From a virus (taxonomy: Duplodnaviria > Caudoviricetes), in the IMG/VR virus record IMGVR_UViG_3300008110_007313: 64,000 nt of DNA, one strand, 5' to 3'. Position numbers and translations under genes: made by a program. Shown here piece by piece: positions 38,010-47,905 of the stretch (within the stretch, counting starts at the first letter, position 1; every line of letters starts with the position of its first letter). The notes beneath the pieces were generated by a model, which was not told the DNA's origin, did no database searches, and was given only the letters and a program-made list of their open reading frames with translations.

Positions 38010-38286
38010 CGCGGTCCATGATGTACTCAAAAAGCACAAATTTTGCACGATTTAACAGTTGGCGCTGGGCTTCGATAGTTGCAAAACTGGGCTGTTCGTA
38101 GGCCATCATCTCTTGTGCATCGCTCATCATGCTGGCCACAATCATAGCAGGACCAGAAATTTTGAATGTAATGCTTGATTCGATGCTGTCACGCAGGTCT
38201 GCTTCGGTGCAACCGTACATGTTGATCTGACGTTGACGTTGCATGTCTTGACCAACTGCGGCGCGAATTGATGCTGTTGCTGTCAT
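37999..38286 (-). CDS. Hypothetical early protein
   Basis: Follows cassette copy 2. Confidence 0.65.
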   Translation of the reverse strand: MTATASIRAAVGQDMQRQRQINMYGCTEADLRDSIESSITFKISGPAMIVASMMSDAQEMMAYEQPSFATIEAQRQLLNRAKFVLFEYIMDRENG

Positions 38287-38292
38287 TTCTGG

Positions 38293-38352
38293 CTCCTTTT
38301 TAATTACTATACAAGTATTATAGCAAATCGGGAATATTGGGTCAACCGTTTT
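38293..38352 (-). repeat. 60-bp promoter+RBS cassette, copy 2
   Basis: Direct sequence comparison with copies 1 and 3. Confidence 0.9.
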
Positions 38353-38388
38353 GTTCTGCTTAAAAAACAGGCAAATTTAGTGTTGTTT

Positions 38389-38622
38389 TTATACAACAAG
38401 GTATTTGTACGCAAGACCCGCAAGTCCTGTGAGCAACATCACACCGTTTGTGACAATTAAACTGGCTTCGCGCCAGCGGATGCTGACTATGAGCCAAATT
38501 AACCCGCCAACTGCCAGGGTTATTGGACCCTCGGGATAGTAGCCCAGAGAGTTGATTGCAGTTCCTGCAATAAGGATCACAGTTGCGATCCACTTTAGAT
38601 ACCAGTTTAAATCTTTTTTCAT
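38389..38622 (-). CDS. Small three-TM membrane protein
   Basis: LKWIATVILIAG..YP.G..LW..VS.RWRE.SLIVTN; 7 nt after the -10 box. Confidence 0.65.
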   Translation of the reverse strand: MKKDLNWYLKWIATVILIAGTAINSLGYYPEGPITLAVGGLIWLIVSIRWREASLIVTNGVMLLTGLAGLAYKYLVV

Positions 38623-38653
38623 ACCCTAATTATAGCAAATCGGGAATATTTGG

Positions 38654-39076
38654 TCAACCAAATGCTGTATCGCGGTATTCTAGGCAGTTTTCTAATTGAT
38701 CTAGAGGTATGTTGTGAGCACGATAGCCTTCGCAGACCAGATTGTAGTAGCCACGAGTAGGCTCTGAATCTTCATGTCCGGGTTGCATGCGGTACACCAG
38801 AGCATGCAACGTTCTTGCGCCATACACAACCGAACTGACCACGCGGTCATAGTAAAAAGGATAACCTTCCAACTGGTCCAGAGATTTTAGATGTTGGTCT
38901 GTGATTTCCCACAACACCCCGTCTACAAAACTGTCGCCACAGGGCTCTACATCTGCATGGCGTGCAAATCTAAAACTGTGATTGACCAAGCGAGCATGGC
39001 CCAAGGACTTTGCGCCTGGGCATCGTTGAAACATTTCCTTGGGGTTGGTATTCATACCATATGCGAAATACAACAT
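38654..39076 (-). CDS. Gamma-glutamylcyclotransferase (AIG2-like)
   Basis: YFAYGMN..VDGVLWEI..LDQLEGYP. Confidence 0.85.
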   Translation of the reverse strand: MLYFAYGMNTNPKEMFQRCPGAKSLGHARLVNHSFRFARHADVEPCGDSFVDGVLWEITDQHLKSLDQLEGYPFYYDRVVSSVVYGARTLHALVYRMQPGHEDSEPTRGYYNLVCEGYRAHNIPLDQLENCLEYRDTAFG

Positions 39077-39132
39077 CAGCGTTTCCTTTTGAGTTTAGAT
39101 AGCTGATATTGTAACAGATCTATGTTTTTTAG

Positions 39133-41094
39133 TCAACCAACAGGCCTTGACCAGTTGTCGCGTTTTTCCCAGCCCAGTCTAAATCCATAGTGAAAACCGT
39201 CTAGGTCCGGGTATCCGTTGGGACCACGAGCTTTGAGATCATACTCAAACTTGGCATGCCAATCTCCGCGATGATTGATTTTGAACCAGATGTCTGCGTT
39301 AAATTCATCGCCTTCGTGAAACACTCGTACAGGCCCAAATTCTGCAAGATCTTCTGCATGATCAAAACGCAGTTTGAGTTCAAACTCTCCAACTGCCAAC
39401 CACAGTATTCTCAACAATGGCCATATTTCATTGACCAAGGTGTCGGCCACGGGATTGATTGTGGTCTTAATGATCTGATAATCAAAGTCTTCTTGATACG
39501 GAATCAAAGGACGAATATTAGCCGGAGAATAAGCCAAGGTATAATGATCCTCAACGCCGGGACGTTCAATGTGTTGTCCGTATTTGATACCCTGTTCATG
39601 TCGACGCATGTGATTCATCAAGATGTTCACACTTTTGAGTCGCACCAGTCTATGCGCCGCGGTATTGGTGTGGTCCTCAGTGGTCCATAGTGCACCAAAG
39701 TGTCCGTGGCTGATTCCAAACTTCTCACGCTCTTGACTCAATGGTGTATCAGGCAACACATTACAGGTCTGCACAGCATAGCCAGCAATATTGGTTCTGC
39801 GGGTACGCCACATCAAGGTCATGGTATCTGCAAAATCTTTGGCAGTTTCGCCAGGGAAGCCCACAAACCAGTTGGTAAATGCACTGATACCAACTTTGGT
39901 TATGTCATTGAGATTTTGTTCTACTGATTCTCGTTTGACATTCTTTTTCATGATGTCCAACACTCGCTGACTGCCTGACTCCACACCAAAGTTCAACATG
40001 TTGCAGCCGCTGGCCTTGAGATCTCGAAAGTAATCTATATCCATACGATCATCGTTGCGACAGTATCCTACCCAATGCAGGTCATGCATACCGCGTTCAA
40101 CTACGCCGCGAGCAAAGGCCCGTAGTTCTTTGAGATTACCATTGACCAGGCTGTCAATGAACCAGATAGTACGAACACCAAAAGTTTTATATTGATACTC
40201 AATTTCGTCCACAATGTTGCCAGCCAGCCTGCCACGATATCGCCAGAATGTTGTTTCCGAGCAGAACTGGCACTTGGCCACACATCCGCGACTGATTTCA
40301 GAACCCACTGAAGTGCCTAGTCGATACAGTTCCAGGGGCAGATCGCTGTAGTCGGGCCATGGCATAGAATCTAGATCAATGCGCTGTTCTTTGGGATGAC
40401 GCAGTATGTGATCTGGGATGGTTTCGCCAGCTTCGACCTTTTCTAGAATGTCCAAAAAGATCAGTTCGCCTTCGCCTACCACAATGTGATCGTACAGTTC
40501 GGGACGTTTGACTTTTTCCTGTATGGCCTGTGATCCTCCGGCCAAGAACACAGCGTCGGGCAGGCGTTCACGCAGGCGTTCTACTACCCAGTTGGCACAG
40601 TTGTTGTTGGTGTAGTACAGGCTGAACCCAACTACATCAGGAGCAAATTCTACAATCTGATCAATGTACTTGAGCAACAGAGGTTCGATAACCGGGTGTA
40701 CATCTTGCCAGTATGGTTCTTCTTTGTCCCACTTCCAATCAGTGTAGGGACTCCATAGTTCCTCGCCCAGCTCACTGTAACACAACACATTGAGGTCGTA
40801 TGCACAGGCCGCAAAACCTGAGGCTTTGGCCAGGGCCGTGAGTCGTGCAATATTGTAAGGTGCAATATCCACTGACCAAAATGGAGTCATTACCATGGCC
40901 ACCCGTGTTTGACGAGTGGTTGGGTGAATAATTACCGAACTTAGATTTTTTTGCGGACGACCTCGACTCAGTTCTTCTACCACACTCAACATCTGTGTGT
41001 GTGGACAGTCTGACTGAATCGCTGGAGTACTAGACTTCAGTGCCGGTTGAATCGCAAAGACTTTTTTGTTGATAGAGTCTCTTGCTGTTGCCAT
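39133..41094 (-). CDS. Cobalamin-binding radical SAM enzyme (class B)
   Basis: PDVVGFSLY and LAGG (B12 domain), SRGCVAKCQFC, FGVESGSQRVL, VGFPGET. Confidence 0.9.
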   Translation of the reverse strand: MATARDSINKKVFAIQPALKSSTPAIQSDCPHTQMLSVVEELSRGRPQKNLSSVIIHPTTRQTRVAMVMTPFWSVDIAPYNIARLTALAKASGFAACAYDLNVLCYSELGEELWSPYTDWKWDKEEPYWQDVHPVIEPLLLKYIDQIVEFAPDVVGFSLYYTNNNCANWVVERLRERLPDAVFLAGGSQAIQEKVKRPELYDHIVVGEGELIFLDILEKVEAGETIPDHILRHPKEQRIDLDSMPWPDYSDLPLELYRLGTSVGSEISRGCVAKCQFCSETTFWRYRGRLAGNIVDEIEYQYKTFGVRTIWFIDSLVNGNLKELRAFARGVVERGMHDLHWVGYCRNDDRMDIDYFRDLKASGCNMLNFGVESGSQRVLDIMKKNVKRESVEQNLNDITKVGISAFTNWFVGFPGETAKDFADTMTLMWRTRRTNIAGYAVQTCNVLPDTPLSQEREKFGISHGHFGALWTTEDHTNTAAHRLVRLKSVNILMNHMRRHEQGIKYGQHIERPGVEDHYTLAYSPANIRPLIPYQEDFDYQIIKTTINPVADTLVNEIWPLLRILWLAVGEFELKLRFDHAEDLAEFGPVRVFHEGDEFNADIWFKINHRGDWHAKFEYDLKARGPNGYPDLDGFHYGFRLGWEKRDNWSRPVG

Positions 41095-41329
41095 GCGGAT
41101 ATTTACCGGCGTGCGTTAGCTCTTTTTTGAATTCCTTGTTGACATAGTAGTCAATCAGTCTACGTTGAATATGTTGCAACAAATCACCGTGATCGTCGGC
41201 CACAATAAATCTTACAGGGCAATGTCCCCATGTTTGTGTGCGCTGAAACTCTGCAAACCACTGACGGTGATTTCGGTCATCTGCGTTGAACGCAATCCAA
41301 GGTCTGTGATGAAAATTAAGAATGCTCAT
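41030..41329 (-). CDS. Hypothetical protein
   Basis: RPWIAF..HRQWF..WG.CPVRF; tail overlaps the radical SAM start. Confidence 0.6.
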   Translation of the reverse strand: MSILNFHHRPWIAFNADDRNHRQWFAEFQRTQTWGHCPVRFIVADDHGDLLQHIQRRLIDYYVNKEFKKELTHAGKYPHGNSKRLYQQKSLCDSTGTEV

Positions 41330-41919
41330 GCTTGCTCCTTATGAGTAGATAACCGTTTTGATTTTTTATTCTCAGAGATGCCAAACAATTTGTTAGCACG
41401 ATCCTTGAACTCTTGCTCTTTTTTAGCGTTTTCTGTTTGCTTCTTTACCTTCGCTGCTTTCTTACGCAAATTAGCTTCGCGTTTCCTGCGAGTCTCGGAC
41501 ATGGGTTTAAATTCGTAACTAAACTTTAATCCATCGGCTTGGTAGATGTTTCTCTCAACAATGTGTCGCAAATCTTCTCTACCGCACAGCAGTCGTTGGC
41601 GGCACAGGTCTACGTTGTCGATCATCAAATCTACACCATAGATAGTAGATAGTGCTTGTTCAAAGGTACTACCATTCTCCATCTTGCGTATCAACACTTC
41701 GCCTAAAAACTGACCGTCGCCACAACTGTTGTCTAGGAATGTCTTAGACGGATCTTGGAACTGTTCGATTGGAATTTGTTCCAGGATCTCACGCACAAGT
41801 TCTGTAGGAGTAAAAACCTCACCGGTGGCCTTTACTCTCAGTTGGTCACGTTCTACTCCGCCCATGTAAGCACGGTCACGGATGTGATCTATAACTTCAC
41901 TTAACGTTGGCTTCGACAT
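41326..41919 (-). CDS. Short N6-adenine MTase-like protein (SAM-binding half only)
   Basis: TGEVFTP, FLDNSCGDGQF, IYGVDL, ADGL; no NPPY. Confidence 0.75.
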   Translation of the reverse strand: MSKPTLSEVIDHIRDRAYMGGVERDQLRVKATGEVFTPTELVREILEQIPIEQFQDPSKTFLDNSCGDGQFLGEVLIRKMENGSTFEQALSTIYGVDLMIDNVDLCRQRLLCGREDLRHIVERNIYQADGLKFSYEFKPMSETRRKREANLRKKAAKVKKQTENAKKEQEFKDRANKLFGISENKKSKRLSTHKEQA

Positions 41920-44900
41920 AATCTATTTCTTCTTGTGTAAGACCAAAGTGTTGGTAAAGTTCTTGGTCCGTCCAAATTTTACTAGCAAGTTTAGGTAACG
42001 ATGATAGAACTTTTCCATTAAGGAATCCGCTCCACTTACCAGTATTAACAATAAATTTATAAAGTTTACTATCGAGATAACTCAGAATATGTTGTGCCTC
42101 TGTAGAGTCTGCTAATATGTATTGGCATACTTCTGAGGTTCCGAGATTGCCTGCACTAAAAAAAGGTTTAAAATATCCACTGGTGGTCCAAACAATTTTA
42201 GACTTTAAAAAGTCCTTTGATTGTTTTTTGCAAAACTTTGTTTGTGCATTTGTATGGAATGTTGTATATTTGTAAGTTGTATCCTGAGTGTCAGAGAAAT
42301 TATTATTCTTATGGTCACTATGGCAAGATGTATCGCAAAGTATATCTAACTTAGGGTGAGTTGAATTGATAACTTTGTTGTGTATAGGAAATGTCTTTGC
42401 AAAATTTCTTGGCAAGTACTGAAGTTTAGTGATGTCTACTTCAAGGCCGTCGATCACGGCCGTTTGTGTGTTTTTATTTTTTTGTACACACCATGCTGTA
42501 AAACTACTACCAACTGTAAAATATTTTCCTACTTCAGTATCTACCCATACAACAGAATTATCTTTAAACATCTTTAGAAGTTGACTATTTGGACTCATCC
42601 AACTGTCAGGAGTTACAAACGCAATAAATCCATTTGGATTTAACAACTCAATGCCCTTTTCTGCAAATTTGCTCCACAGATTATGGCTTTTTGGTTGTTT
42701 TGTTCCTTTATCGTTATTACCTTGATAAGGAGGGTTGCCTACTATCACATCAAATTTCATATCAAACTCCAATTCTGTAAAATCACCTTGCATTACTACA
42801 ATGCCTGGGTATTTCCGTTTAATCTGATTACAGAGAAAACTATATTTGTCATTATACACAATCTTGTCTATAATATCAATACCAAACATGTCCACTAAAA
42901 CATCTATCTCAGAACCATGTCCGCCGGCCACTACAAGAATCCTCTTGCAATGCTTACTCTTAATAAATCTTTTTAGTTCTCGGTTGCCAAAAATTTCAAA
43001 CCAAAGTTTTGCGTCATCTTTAAGAATAGCGAGTGCGTTATTCTCAATGTGCTTTTGTGTCGTATTATATTTACTCATACGCACAATCATGTCTAGTTCT
43101 GGAATGGGCAAACAGTCCTCGTCTGCTAGAGTCTTGATTGTTGTAGTGTCTACGCCGTACAGTTCAATAAATTCTTTTTGCATTTCTGCATTATTGCCGA
43201 TAATATCAAGGCATTCTAAAAAACTCTCCCCTTGATAATTGCTTAAGGCAAGGACAGTTGTAGCACTTCCGTTAATTGCTCTTTTTGCTTTGTCAAGGAT
43301 TACCGCCAATGGATTTTTTTTTGGTCGGCCATTTTTAGTTGTACCAGCATCAAAGGTCTTTCCAGTCTTGATGATTTTGTCAATTTTAGATTTTTCTGCT
43401 TTATTGCTAGTAGATCGTTTTGCAAGTTCACCCAATGCCTCTACCAAACTTGGTGCAAGATTAACCAAGTCATCTAAGGTCATTTTGCTACGCGAATTAG
43501 CAATCTCCAATAGTTTATTATTATCTTCAAACTGCTTGATAACTTCGTCGGCATCGATCCAGTTACCGGAGACTATGTCCTTGATGTTGACACTATTCAA
43601 TACTTCTCGAACTGCATCGGGATAAGTTTTACCCTTCTGACGGATCAGCAATGCCGCTTCTACTGCCACGCTCATGACAGAGTTACGAGTCTTACTTTGG
43701 TCAAAAGCAAAGTCAAAGATGTGTCCAAACTTTTTGTCGTATCCAGGTGTAAGGCAACGGCTATATTTCTGCATGTAAGGATAAACATCACCACCTTCTT
43801 GCATAAACAAGCAGGCTTGGATCTCAGGAATGCTATAACTACGAGTTCCCATCATGTTAGTAATCACTAGCAGTTTGTCGCGACCTGGGTAGTATCCGTT
43901 TTGTAGGCGGACTAATTCTTCCTTAGTGTCTCCTTCGGAATCTTTGTTATTGGTATAGTCGCCGTTAAGGATTAGAACCTTGTGTTCTGTGCAATGCTTC
44001 TCGATAATTTCTGCCAATGCCTCCATTGCTTTTTTAGAGATATTAACAAACAACATAAGATTGTTAATAATCTCACCTGCAGCCTCACTTAGGTTCATTC
44101 CGTAGATAGGCTGATACCCAAGCATATCTTGGAATGCCGCAGAAATAAACTTTTCTTGCGATCGCGACTTTTCTAAAATCTTATTGATGTTGGGCAAGAC
44201 ATCCTTGTCAAAATCTTCCAATAGTTTGTTCATCTTTGGATTAAACAACATATTATAGAATCGACGCACTACTACATTAGGAATACTTGTATCTTGCTCC
44301 ACCATGCAATAAGGAACACTAATAATTTCGTCAATAGCGTTCTTACCAAATGCCTTGGCAAGGCGACCAATATTGGTTCCGCTGGCGTTAATACGAGTAA
44401 CTGTTTTGTTTTCTAAGATGTAGTCAACTTTTTCTACTTGGCTATCTGTATGAGTGCCAAAGTCGGTTTCTTCTAATAATGCAATATGTGTGCCTGCTAG
44501 TTCGTTGATCCATTCGTATTTTTCTTCTACTTCAGGATTCAGACTGATAAACACAATGGGCATTTTACCATCAGTAATGGCTTGTTTATACTGATCTTCG
44601 GCATCTGAATCTGCCGCGTCAATAAAACACATAGATGCAAAGTCTACATATTTTGCACACTCGTCCTTATAGGATGTCTTGACACTAAGGCCTACCCCAT
44701 ATGCCATAACAAGCATCGAGCTGTGACCAAATTCTTCTTGCATTTCTTTTGCAAGGGTTAAGAACAAAATTGTTTTACCGATGCGAGCCGCAAGTTCGCA
44801 GACAAAATTAGTTGCTAGTCCATTTTGTTTTAAAACATCCAGTACTTTTTTAATAACAAGCTTCTGCACATTTCGTAGACTCACAGATTGTTTTATGTGA

Positions 44901-45346
44901 TTAGGGTTAAGTTTTGCCGCACATGTTCTAATCTTTGTATTGAGCCACTGTCGAATTGGTTCAAAATCTTTTGACTTAACAAACTCGTCAATAAGAAACT
45001 GTTCAACTGCTACCCGAAAGACTTCGTTACGTTTACCTGTTTTGGGGTCTTGGAGTTGGGCCGCAAAAGTTTGACGCACCTCTTTATGCAGAGCATAATC
45101 CCTGTAACCGGGATTAGGAATGGAATCTAATAGATAATGTTGCCATCCCAAGTTTTTAGAACTTTCGTGGCCGCGCATACGACTTTCAATGGTACTAAAC
45201 TCTGCATCAACTCGAGTATCACCGATGCCAAACTCTAAGAATCCAGTTGACACCATAGCCTCGATTCGAGGCTTATTAGATTCAATATAGATGCCTTGGG
45301 AATCTGTTGTAAGTCCTAGTTCCAAAGGACTTTTAACGTAATTCAT
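41897..45346 (-). CDS. Restriction-modification-like fusion: nuclease-like, SF2 helicase-like, N6-MTase and TRD
   Basis: IGDTR..HKEV..EVF; ARIGKT and LLEETDFG; FDVIVGNPPY; visibly AT-rich. Confidence 0.75.
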   Translation of the reverse strand: MNYVKSPLELGLTTDSQGIYIESNKPRIEAMVSTGFLEFGIGDTRVDAEFSTIESRMRGHESSKNLGWQHYLLDSIPNPGYRDYALHKEVRQTFAAQLQDPKTGKRNEVFRVAVEQFLIDEFVKSKDFEPIRQWLNTKIRTCAAKLNPNHIKQSVSLRNVQKLVIKKVLDVLKQNGLATNFVCELAARIGKTILFLTLAKEMQEEFGHSSMLVMAYGVGLSVKTSYKDECAKYVDFASMCFIDAADSDAEDQYKQAITDGKMPIVFISLNPEVEEKYEWINELAGTHIALLEETDFGTHTDSQVEKVDYILENKTVTRINASGTNIGRLAKAFGKNAIDEIISVPYCMVEQDTSIPNVVVRRFYNMLFNPKMNKLLEDFDKDVLPNINKILEKSRSQEKFISAAFQDMLGYQPIYGMNLSEAAGEIINNLMLFVNISKKAMEALAEIIEKHCTEHKVLILNGDYTNNKDSEGDTKEELVRLQNGYYPGRDKLLVITNMMGTRSYSIPEIQACLFMQEGGDVYPYMQKYSRCLTPGYDKKFGHIFDFAFDQSKTRNSVMSVAVEAALLIRQKGKTYPDAVREVLNSVNIKDIVSGNWIDADEVIKQFEDNNKLLEIANSRSKMTLDDLVNLAPSLVEALGELAKRSTSNKAEKSKIDKIIKTGKTFDAGTTKNGRPKKNPLAVILDKAKRAINGSATTVLALSNYQGESFLECLDIIGNNAEMQKEFIELYGVDTTTIKTLADEDCLPIPELDMIVRMSKYNTTQKHIENNALAILKDDAKLWFEIFGNRELKRFIKSKHCKRILVVAGGHGSEIDVLVDMFGIDIIDKIVYNDKYSFLCNQIKRKYPGIVVMQGDFTELEFDMKFDVIVGNPPYQGNNDKGTKQPKSHNLWSKFAEKGIELLNPNGFIAFVTPDSWMSPNSQLLKMFKDNSVVWVDTEVGKYFTVGSSFTAWCVQKNKNTQTAVIDGLEVDITKLQYLPRNFAKTFPIHNKVINSTHPKLDILCDTSCHSDHKNNNFSDTQDTTYKYTTFHTNAQTKFCKKQSKDFLKSKIVWTTSGYFKPFFSAGNLGTSEVCQYILADSTEAQHILSYLDSKLYKFIVNTGKWSGFLNGKVLSSLPKLASKIWTDQELYQHFGLTQEEIDYVEANVK

Positions 45347-45519
45347 TCTTCATCTCCATAATCTGCGCTATCAATCTGTTCTTGTTCAAAGGTCTCAGCC
45401 TCTGCTCGAGTAGCAAAGGTGTCACCAAACGTGGTCCAGCCGCCAATGCCGCCGGCAAATTGTACTACCCACTCTCCAGGGCAGATCTCTACCACACGGG
45501 TAGGAACAAGCTCGCTCAT
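45343..45519 (-). CDS. Hypothetical early protein
   Basis: Follows a partial cassette with SD AAGGAG. Confidence 0.55.
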   Translation of the reverse strand: MSELVPTRVVEICPGEWVVQFAGGIGGWTTFGDTFATRAEAETFEQEQIDSADYGDEE

Positions 45520-45634
45520 TGCGATCTCCTTTTTAACTATCTTACAAGTATTATAGCAAATTGCCAATTATTGGTCAACCAAAGAAATGTGGCTAAAAAG
45601 CCACATTTCCTGCTTAAATTTTAAGCAATTTTGG

Positions 45635-45895
45635 CTATTTTTTATCCCGTATCTGGTTGATCAAGTCTTCGGTAGCAGGAGACACAACCACATCTGTTTC
45701 TAAATGCTTGGCTCGCATGATCCTAATACTAACTCCTTTGGTTTTGAGATTCTCTGCTTCTTCTTGATCCATACCCTGTGCTACAAGATCGTCGATGGCC
45801 TGTTGAGGTAAATTACTGGGCAGTAAATCGCCACGACTTACAGTGAATACTCTGCCGTCTTTGGCCTCGATAATTTTTTCTATTTTGAATTTCAT
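45635..45895 (-). CDS. Hypothetical protein
   Basis: TAATG-coupled ORF. Confidence 0.55.
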   Translation of the reverse strand: MKFKIEKIIEAKDGRVFTVSRGDLLPSNLPQQAIDDLVAQGMDQEEAENLKTKGVSIRIMRAKHLETDVVVSPATEDLINQIRDKK

Positions 45896-46617
45896 TAGTA
45901 GTCGCCCCCACCGAACTTCATCACAAACAACAATCGTTCATATGACAAGGGCCGGTCTTCGCAGCCAGGCATAGTAAATTCAATGCTGTTTACAATTAGG
46001 AATTTTTCTTGCCAAAACACCGCAGTTTTGTACCCGCGATCCTGAATCCACTGATGTGCGTCTTGACCTTCGGAGGCTAAAAATCTAGCATAATCTAAAT
46101 CTTGGCCCCAGCGTTTGAGTTCAGGGGTTTGACACAAGGTATAAGCAAAAGAAAAATTTTGGTACCGGGGCATGGTCTTTTTTCGTAGGCCCAGCTTGAT
46201 CGCTTCTGATCTAAAAAACTTGCGTTCCTCTAGGGATCTAGGACCAACAAATACTGGGTCCATGACCAAATACTCTTCGTCCTTGGACAACCAGGCAACT
46301 GCAAAGTGGTCATGGTAGTAAATGTTTGGTTCGTCCCAGTCAATACCCATCTCATCGTTGTCTAAGGGATTTGGTTTTAGCTCTCCCAACGTTTTTATTT
46401 TGCTTTGATAATTGACTACAGCGTTGATGTTGTAGCGTTTTAGTGCCCACTCGGTGAATCCTTCGCATACAGCTATGCCTTTTGATTCTCGTTTCTGTAT
46501 TATTCCTACGCCACCAATGGTCTGAATAAAATTGTACAGAAGATTTTGAGCAGCATTATAAACCTGTGGATCTTTTTGTTGTTGCTTTTGGTCTCCAATA
46601 TTCACTTCAAAGGTCAT
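45895..46617 (-). CDS. Hypothetical protein, possible transglutaminase-like Cys protease
   Basis: VCEGF..HFAVAW..VMDP gives C/H/D order. Confidence 0.35.
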   Translation of the reverse strand: MTFEVNIGDQKQQQKDPQVYNAAQNLLYNFIQTIGGVGIIQKRESKGIAVCEGFTEWALKRYNINAVVNYQSKIKTLGELKPNPLDNDEMGIDWDEPNIYYHDHFAVAWLSKDEEYLVMDPVFVGPRSLEERKFFRSEAIKLGLRKKTMPRYQNFSFAYTLCQTPELKRWGQDLDYARFLASEGQDAHQWIQDRGYKTAVFWQEKFLIVNSIEFTMPGCEDRPLSYERLLFVMKFGGGDY

Positions 46618-46829
46618 GGCAAACTTTCCTGAACATTGTATACAGCAGCCAATGCTTCAGCCAGTCGTCTGTGGTTCTCTTGTGCCGCGGCGTAGCCATC
46701 ATCCCAACCTTCTCGGTAGCGTGGATCTCGAATCAGTCGGTCTTCGGCTCGTTCTCCTATGCTTTCTAATAAGGCACGTAGACGGCCTGAACCGCCGGGT
46801 AAATTGTTGTCGTTGTCTTTCATGGACAT
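46614..46829 (-). CDS. Hypothetical protein
   Basis: SD AAAGGA; Y.EGWDDGY motif. Confidence 0.55.
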   Translation of the reverse strand: MSMKDNDNNLPGGSGRLRALLESIGERAEDRLIRDPRYREGWDDGYAAAQENHRRLAEALAAVYNVQESLP

Positions 46830-47028
46830 TCCTTTGTAAAGTAATGTGCTGATCTGCCGTTGGCGTTGTGTAGACCTGTTCTACCATCACCTACCATTGA
46901 TATCATCGCTGGACTACCTGTATGTTCGCTTCCAGCATTGCACTGGGGGCCGGGTAGTATTCTCCGATCAACCTGGAGTAAACTTATTGTATAACACTTG
47001 TGCAGTATTGTCGACGCATTTGAACAAG

Positions 47029-47385
47029 TCAGCGTATTACAACTTGATCTTCCGATCGACGGTCACTGTAGAACCGGTGGCCAATGCGACGAATAGTGTC
47101 GGCTGCTGTTTGCGGATCATTTTCGAACATCTCGCGAATGTCTTCTGCAGAGATCCCTGGTTCAGCACTGCACAGGTAAATTTCGTAGTGACGCTGTGGA
47201 TTAAATTGTGCTCGTAGACGCCAGTGCATTAGATTAGGCATCTCAATATGCCGGGGGCGCTGGCCAGTCTTCAATGTTTCAAACAAAATTTTCTGTTCAA
47301 TGTCTGACACACACACCACAGCTTCCAGTCCGCGGCAGTCCCACATAATAGCAAATGAATGAGTTTGAGAACTGCGGTCAGTCAT
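47029..47385 (-). CDS. Hypothetical protein
   Basis: MWDCRGLE..RAQFNPQRHYEIY. Confidence 0.65.
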   Translation of the reverse strand: MTDRSSQTHSFAIMWDCRGLEAVVCVSDIEQKILFETLKTGQRPRHIEMPNLMHWRLRAQFNPQRHYEIYLCSAEPGISAEDIREMFENDPQTAADTIRRIGHRFYSDRRSEDQVVIR

Positions 47386-47615
47386 AGCATGAACTTTTTT
47401 AATACAGTACGAGCTTCGCTCAAGTCTTCCATGATCAGATCTTCGACTGCTTCTTGTACAATCAAGGTCATGAGAGTCTGACTCATATTAAACTGTTCAG
47501 TATCTAGACAAGACTGCCACGTCTGTAGATCTTCTAATGTTTCAAGACTCCACATAAAGTCTAACATTTCGACCTGTTCTTCAGTGAGATTGGTTAGTGT
47601 AAGAGGTTTGTTCAT
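47382..47615 (-). CDS. Hypothetical acidic protein
   Basis: ORF coupled to 47029..47385. Confidence 0.6.
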   Translation of the reverse strand: MNKPLTLTNLTEEQVEMLDFMWSLETLEDLQTWQSCLDTEQFNMSQTLMTLIVQEAVEDLIMEDLSEARTVLKKFML

Positions 47616-47671
47616 AGTGCAAGTATAAAATTAAAAAGACATTCATACTATAACACTAAACGATATCAATG

Positions 47672-47905
47672 TCAAGCCCAGTGTAGCGTAAAAGCCACAA
47701 AATCTCGTTCAGTGTCAAAATAGAAAATGTAACGTCCGGGACGAGTATCTGTGCTGATTTCAATCAGTTGCCAGCGCCAGGTGGCAATCAGTTCAGTTTT
47801 GGACCAGGCAATGATATCATCCAACACCCCAAAAGGTTTGGTTATTTCCCGTGAGTAAGGAAAGCTTTCTTTACTGCGATGGTCAAGTTTGTCAATAGTC
47901 AACAT
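47672..47905 (-). CDS. Hypothetical protein
   Basis: YIFYFDTERDFVAFTLHW C-terminus. Confidence 0.6.
   Translation of the reverse strand: MLTIDKLDHRSKESFPYSREITKPFGVLDDIIAWSKTELIATWRWQLIEISTDTRPGRYIFYFDTERDFVAFTLHWA

Noticed and set aside
37342-38657. Repeats resembling a CRISPR array
   Set aside because: Spacing is irregular (about 300-620 bp), the intervals are genes, the repeats are promoters, and no cas genes are present
41326-45346. Mobile element or IS call for the AT-rich island
   Set aside because: No transposase, integrase or terminal repeats; only composition suggests horizontal origin
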